A DNA stretch of 61,203 nucleotides, the filler included, from a candidate division TA06 bacterium SM23_40 (GTDB lineage: Bacteria > LJUI01 > SM1-40), in NCBI GenBank assembly GCA_001303705.1. It is 6 parts of 6 records of this genome, joined end to end, with 100 filler letters (N's around TTAATTAATTAA, not from the genome) between each part and the next. Parts side by side here need not be neighbours in the genome. Positions count along the whole stretch, not along the records: positions 54,625 to 61,203 come from LJUI01000139.1; 5 more parts are not named here. One strand, given 5' to 3'. This document shows positions 57,056 to 61,203 of the stretch, one piece after another. Position numbers and translations under genes: made by a program. Within the stretch, counting starts at the first letter, position 1. Each line of letters opens with the position of its first letter. The notes beneath the pieces are model-generated. The model ran no database searches, was not told the DNA's origin, and saw only the letters and a list, made by a program, of their open reading frames with translations.

Positions 57056-57954
57056 CAGCGTTTTCTCCCCTCCTGGACCAAGACTACCGTGCATCGACAA
57101 TTGGGGTGACTTGGCGGCGCATCGATCTTCTGCCCGTCTCCCGTCGTGAAGGGCTCTCCGATCGGCCTCTGCTGCCCTTGCATCGGAGCACAGATCTCCT
57201 CGCTCACTCGATCATCGCCCGCGGTCAGCCACTCCTGAACGTATCCTTCAGGAAAGGCATCTTCGTCTTTGAGCTGCTGCCAGAGCTGTGCTCGCCCCTG
57301 TGAGACAGCAGAGATGCTCTCGGTTCTTGCGATGGTCCGGGCCCGTTGGCCGATCAAGCGTTCTGAATATTTCTGGGCGCGCTGCTCGATTTTGGCGTAG
57401 GGCACGCCCTCCTTTTGAAGCTGGCCCCAGTAGCGAGACACCGCTGTGCCCTGTCGTTCCGTGAGCCCGAGAGAGCGCCGGATGTCTTTCGCGATCTGCC
57501 CTGGGTGTCTTCCCCTGGTGATTCCGTCCCGCAGCGTGTTGCTGATGGCTGCTCTGGATGTGTCGCTCAGTTGTTTGGCAAGTTCTAGCAGGTGATCATC
57601 AACCCATTTCCGAACAGCGGGGCGCATGGGATCCAGCACGACGATCTTTCCCATCTCTTTTGCTGCAAGTCGCCCGCCGGAGACGAGGCCCTTGTTCAGC
57701 TCTTCGCTTAGCCCGCTGGCGATGGCCTCGATGCCTCCCCCGTTGGTCTTGCGCCAGACGTCCTCGACGGTCGCTGTGTCAAGCATCTTAGCCAATTCGC
57801 CGATCGGAACTCGATCCCGGAGGGAAAGAAGAGCCTTTTTGACGTGCTTGGCAATCTCTCCCTCAACGCGGGCCGCTGCGCCGAAAACGGCTCTTTGCTT
57901 CGGGATCAGGCGTTTCTCCAGCGGGACAAGCGCCGGATGGGCGACAAACGGCAT
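57055..57954 (-). CDS. Phage minor head protein (Mu gpF/SPP1 gp7 family)
   Basis: RARTIARTE, W.TAGDDRV...C, PPSHPNCRC. Confidence 0.9.
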   Translation of the reverse strand: MPFVAHPALVPLEKRLIPKQRAVFGAAARVEGEIAKHVKKALLSLRDRVPIGELAKMLDTATVEDVWRKTNGGGIEAIASGLSEELNKGLVSGGRLAAKEMGKIVVLDPMRPAVRKWVDDHLLELAKQLSDTSRAAISNTLRDGITRGRHPGQIAKDIRRSLGLTERQGTAVSRYWGQLQKEGVPYAKIEQRAQKYSERLIGQRARTIARTESISAVSQGRAQLWQQLKDEDAFPEGYVQEWLTAGDDRVSEEICAPMQGQQRPIGEPFTTGDGQKIDAPPSHPNCRCTVVLVQEGRKR

Positions 57955-59262
57955 CTATTCCTTCTCTGGCTCCGGCAGGCTGGCTACCCTCCTCAGATGT
58001 CGCTCAAGCTTGTCATCTGGGAACAGCTCGGCGCCAGCTCCAGCAATCGCGGTGATGTAGGCCCCCAGCTCGGCCAGGTCCGGACTCTCGATGTCTCCGT
58101 GGACAAGGTTTGGATATGGGGCGGACCGTCCGTTGATCTCCATCAGGCGCGGAATCGCGTCCCTGTTGAATGTTTCGGCAATGGTGTCACACCATGCCCC
58201 GAGAGCGGTGGCGAAGATCTCGGTTTTCGAGCTGGCAAGAGCGAAGCTTCCGACTTTCTCGTGACCGAGCAGAATGAAGTCGGCGAGCACCGTCATCGCG
58301 ATTCGCTGGTCATACCGCGTCAGGATTTTCGACGTATCGAATTGCTTGGTACCCGCGCTGGAGAGCAGTTTGAGATCATAGAGCAGGTTGCCCCCATCAT
58401 CATAGACCGCAGGAAAGACCACACCGACCTGGCTGTCCATTCTGATGTTCCGGACGATCTTCTGGATCTCTGCGAGAAGGGCTTTCTCTCGCGCACCAGC
58501 TCCATCGTAGAGCAGCTCAACCGGCACCGTGGCGAAGGGGATCCCGCAGATATCGCGCTCGACTCCGATTGCTTCGAACTCCTCGATCCGCTTCTTGAAC
58601 CACCACGGTCGGTATGCTCCGCGGAGAACCGAACGCCCTTCGGGATTCCCACGTCGACACGTCGTGCGAAAGTTGATGAACTTTTCGGCTGGGATGGTGA
58701 CCTCATGAAAATCCGGGGGGGCGACCTGCACCACTGCCAGGGTGTCTCCCCCCTCTCCGAATTCCCAGCGATCGATGGTGTCCTGGGCACGAATGGGGAG
58801 CCTGCGCCAACCGATCTTCCCGTCGTCGTGCTGTGAGGAAATCTTCGCTGACATGCCGCGACGGACTTTGTAGACCAGTTCATGAAGCGAGAATCCGAAG
58901 GGAAGCATTGTCAGGATCTCGCTGACGATTTCGGTGAAGGGGGTGTCCATGTCCCAGAGGCAGGATTCCAGAAACTCCGCATCCCCGACGTGCTCTTTTT
59001 CGGTGCCGGCTGGTTCCACGTCCCATGAGACCTGGCGAATGAGCATCTCGATCGCGAACAGCATCGAGGAGACGACCGGATCATTCTCAGACATCTCACG
59101 GAATGCCTTGAGCCCCCGATCTCCCTTGAGGGATTGTAGGAATTCCTCGTCAAGACGTCCGCTATATTGCTTCAGCCCGGTCTTCCCGAGCTCACGAGAC
59201 AGGTTGGCGTTGAGCCGGCTCACTCCCGCTCCGGTGTCCTCTTGTTTCTTTTTTCGCGGCAT
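57955..59262 (-). CDS. Phage portal protein (DUF935-like)
   Basis: Position right after terL, 435 aa, ELG.TGL....G...EEF, GNPEGRSVLR.AY.PW, RYD..IA..VLA.F. Confidence 0.85.
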   Translation of the reverse strand: MPRKKKQEDTGAGVSRLNANLSRELGKTGLKQYSGRLDEEFLQSLKGDRGLKAFREMSENDPVVSSMLFAIEMLIRQVSWDVEPAGTEKEHVGDAEFLESCLWDMDTPFTEIVSEILTMLPFGFSLHELVYKVRRGMSAKISSQHDDGKIGWRRLPIRAQDTIDRWEFGEGGDTLAVVQVAPPDFHEVTIPAEKFINFRTTCRRGNPEGRSVLRGAYRPWWFKKRIEEFEAIGVERDICGIPFATVPVELLYDGAGAREKALLAEIQKIVRNIRMDSQVGVVFPAVYDDGGNLLYDLKLLSSAGTKQFDTSKILTRYDQRIAMTVLADFILLGHEKVGSFALASSKTEIFATALGAWCDTIAETFNRDAIPRLMEINGRSAPYPNLVHGDIESPDLAELGAYITAIAGAGAELFPDDKLERHLRRVASLPEPEKE

Positions 59263-59279
59263 ATTCGCCTCTGGGTGGG

Positions 59280-60704
59280 TTAAGAGACGGTACTAAAGGG
59301 GCTCGCGCCGGTCAAGTCCGGGAGCTTGATATCACCCATCGCCGCAGCCCTGCTGTCATCCAGATCGGATAGTGCCTGACTCATGGCATCCACCTGGTCA
59401 TCATTCGCAGAGGACGGGAAGGTTGTCACCTCGTCGATGAATTCGGCAACCCATGGGTAAAGCTTCGGATTCGGGATCCAGACATTGCCTGACTCCCAGA
59501 GCGGGGCAACGGCCTGCGCCCTTGCTTCCTTACTGCCCTTGGGGTTCACCGCAATCAATCCGGGGATCTGAGATTTCAGTGCGGAAATGATTGCCGGTCC
59601 ATTCGCCTTGTCTTCGACAAGCTTTCTTCGCGCCTCGGGCCACCGCTGAGAAAGCGGAGGGATCGCGTGAAGGGTTGCGACAAAATCAAGGCGATCTCGT
59701 CGCTGATCGAGCAGATAGTAGTTTCCGCTCACTGCACCCCAGATCTGGCCCACCACGAAGCTCGAAGAGTCAGCGTCTTTGAAGCTCATATCCCAGCTCT
59801 GGATTATTCTGTCAAATCGATCTGGCAGAGCATCCCAGTAGCGAAGCCACTCCTCCTTGAAAATCGTTCCTTCCGCTGGCCGCGGGCGTTGTTGGAACAT
59901 CCCGGCCCAGACCCGTTCGCCCACCGCCTTGCGCCGAAGCATCAGTTCCTTCTCGCTGAATCGGTGCTCGCAAAGCGGAGCTCCGATCTTGCGCCCAAGG
60001 GGATCGTTGTCTTCTGCTATCGCCGGAAGCTTGATTAGCTTCCACGGGTCAGAGTGCTCTTTGAGAAGCCAACCCGCGAGGTCAGCCTGGTGCCAGCGAG
60101 TTTGGATTAGGATCATCGTCGCGTTCTCTTGGGCGCGGGTGTAGAACGTGGACTGGAACCACTCGAGAACCCTGCGCCGGTAGGTGACCGATTGCGCCTG
60201 TTCCCAGTTCTTGAAGGGATCGTCGATGATCATCAGATGGCCGGGATAGCCAGTGATCGCGCCCCCGACGCCTGCAGCGATGAGCCCGCCCCCATGGGCC
60301 GTGTACCAGCGGCTTGCGGCTCGCACGTCCTGGCGGGCCTTCGTCAGCAGCTGTTGTCGGCTGGAGAAGGTGTCTCGAATTTTTCTTCCCCAGTGAGCCG
60401 CAAGCTTTGCTTCATGCGAGGTGATGATGACCCAGTGCTCCGGAAACGCCTCGAGGTACCAGGTGGGAAGCCAGTGAGAGAGCAGGGAGCTCTTTCCGTG
60501 CTGCGGTGGCATGTTGATGATCCACCGGCCGCGGTCGAGCCCGCCAGCGAGTTGCTCGGAAATGTAGACCAGATGATCGAACGGCCACCACATCTTACGG
60601 GAAAGATGATGTGCAAATCCGTGGAGGGTGACGCGCCAGTCCTGCGGGCTACGCCGCCGAACCGTTCCCGCTTCCGGTCTTGCTCGCTGTCTTTTTCTTG
60701 CCAC
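59280..60704 (-). CDS. Phage terminase large subunit
   Basis: MPPQHGKS Walker A, IIDDP Walker B, QTRWH..DL.G, QQRP, SWD, VEDKANG, DDQVDA. Confidence 0.95.
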   Translation of the reverse strand: MARKRQRARPEAGTVRRRSPQDWRVTLHGFAHHLSRKMWWPFDHLVYISEQLAGGLDRGRWIINMPPQHGKSSLLSHWLPTWYLEAFPEHWVIITSHEAKLAAHWGRKIRDTFSSRQQLLTKARQDVRAASRWYTAHGGGLIAAGVGGAITGYPGHLMIIDDPFKNWEQAQSVTYRRRVLEWFQSTFYTRAQENATMILIQTRWHQADLAGWLLKEHSDPWKLIKLPAIAEDNDPLGRKIGAPLCEHRFSEKELMLRRKAVGERVWAGMFQQRPRPAEGTIFKEEWLRYWDALPDRFDRIIQSWDMSFKDADSSSFVVGQIWGAVSGNYYLLDQRRDRLDFVATLHAIPPLSQRWPEARRKLVEDKANGPAIISALKSQIPGLIAVNPKGSKEARAQAVAPLWESGNVWIPNPKLYPWVAEFIDEVTTFPSSANDDQVDAMSQALSDLDDSRAAAMGDIKLPDLTGASPFSTVS

Positions 60705-61086
60705 CGATCACCAGGCGCATCTGTTCTCGAATCCCGCTGTCCTCTTCATTCGCATCGAAAATGGGCTCCCGGGCGAGCGTGCGTCCGAACTCGGAATGAT
60801 AGCGGCGCTCGAGCAACCACGCTGCGGCCTGCCAGTGTGTTTTTGCTGCGATGCGGATAATGGCGAGAAGCTCGGTAACGCCGTCGCTTTCGGCTTCCTT
60901 CACTGCTGCGCGGAATGTGCCGTAGATACTGCCCGGATCCTTCTCGCCCTTGTCCAGCCAGCGGTTGAGGGTGGAATGGTCGATGCCGCCACGCTGGGCC
61001 GCCATCTTGTAGGGCATCTGGAGGCGGATCGCTTCACAGATCCGCTCTTGGACTTCTGGAGTGAGCTTGCTCTTGCGTCCTGCCAT
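60649..61086 (-). CDS. Probable terminase small subunit
   Basis: GRKSKLTPE...I..AI..HTH and WQAAAWLLERR; immediately upstream of terL. Confidence 0.75.
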   Translation of the reverse strand: MAGRKSKLTPEVQERICEAIRLQMPYKMAAQRGGIDHSTLNRWLDKGEKDPGSIYGTFRAAVKEAESDGVTELLAIIRIAAKTHWQAAAWLLERRYHSEFGRTLAREPIFDANEEDSGIREQMRLVIGGKKKTASKTGSGNGSAA

Positions 61087-61087
61087 C

Positions 61088-61201
61088 CTACTTGACCAGT
61101 CTTGGTTCGAGCCCCGCTCCCAAGTCTACCATCCGCTGGAGGGTGACGGCGACATACTTGGGCTCGATCTCCATCCCGTAACATCTGCGATCAAGTTGCT
61201 C
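61088..61201 (-). CDS. C-terminus of a phage N4/N6 DNA methyltransferase (5' truncated, absent from the ORF track)
   Basis: Manual translation EQLDRRCYGMEIEPKYVAVTLQRMVDLGAGLEPRLVK*, typical of the end of beta-class methylases upstream of terS. Confidence 0.75.
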   Translation of the reverse strand, partial: EQLDRRCYGMEIEPKYVAVTLQRMVDLGAGLEPRLVK

Positions 61202-61203
61202 CG

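Larger units (their letters stand above)
54625..61203 (-). mobile_element. Tailed phage/prophage DNA packaging and head morphogenesis module
   Basis: Co-oriented, tightly packed methylase, terS, terL, portal, gpF-like, XkdF-like protease and scaffold-like genes. No host junction is visible. Confidence 0.93.

Noticed and set aside
1-61203. tRNA, rRNA, transposase or integrase genes
   Set aside because: None recognised by eye. A tRNAscan/Infernal run would be needed to exclude them formally.

Overview
This window is not one continuous locus. It is six contigs (1-7844, 7945-31207, 31308-38455, 38556-45573, 45674-54524, 54625-61203) joined by artificial N-TTAATTAATTAA-N linkers, as in a concatenated draft or metagenome-assembled genome. 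The gene content (HdrA/HdrL-MvhD, rubrerythrin, a probable TonB-dependent receptor, many secreted beta-helix proteins, high GC) suggests an anaerobic diderm bacterium, probably an uncultured FCB-type candidate lineage; this is inference and no taxonomy is proven. Contig 1: three tandem secreted beta-helix paralogues, then a TPR protein and a GAF-sigma54 activator followed by a sigma54 promoter and small ORFs. Contig 2: rubrerythrin, MBL hydrolase, IDH-family dehydrogenase, thioredoxin-like protein, PEP carboxykinase, flotillin, an aminotransferase fused to a PEPCK/HPrK-like domain, an RND adaptor, a glycosyltransferase islet bounded by gene remnants, and an ABC exporter pair. Contig 3: HdrL, an HdrA-MvhD fusion and a hemerythrin pseudogene. 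Contig 4: a B12 radical SAM enzyme and a cluster of secreted proteins. Contig 5: UPF0182, RqcH, valS, rtcA. Contig 6: a phage packaging and head module. Top candidates for new biology: (1) a secreted protein with an in-frame UGA (Cys-Sec, WWCUGGGG) followed by a SECIS-like hairpin at 42455-43516; (2) a ~105 aa C-terminal domain shared by seven proteins from at least three unrelated N-terminal families, which may be a lineage-specific sorting or anchoring tag; (3) a self-contained sigma54 circuit at ~4300-7844; (4) the aminotransferase-PEPCK-like fusion near a PEPCK gene.
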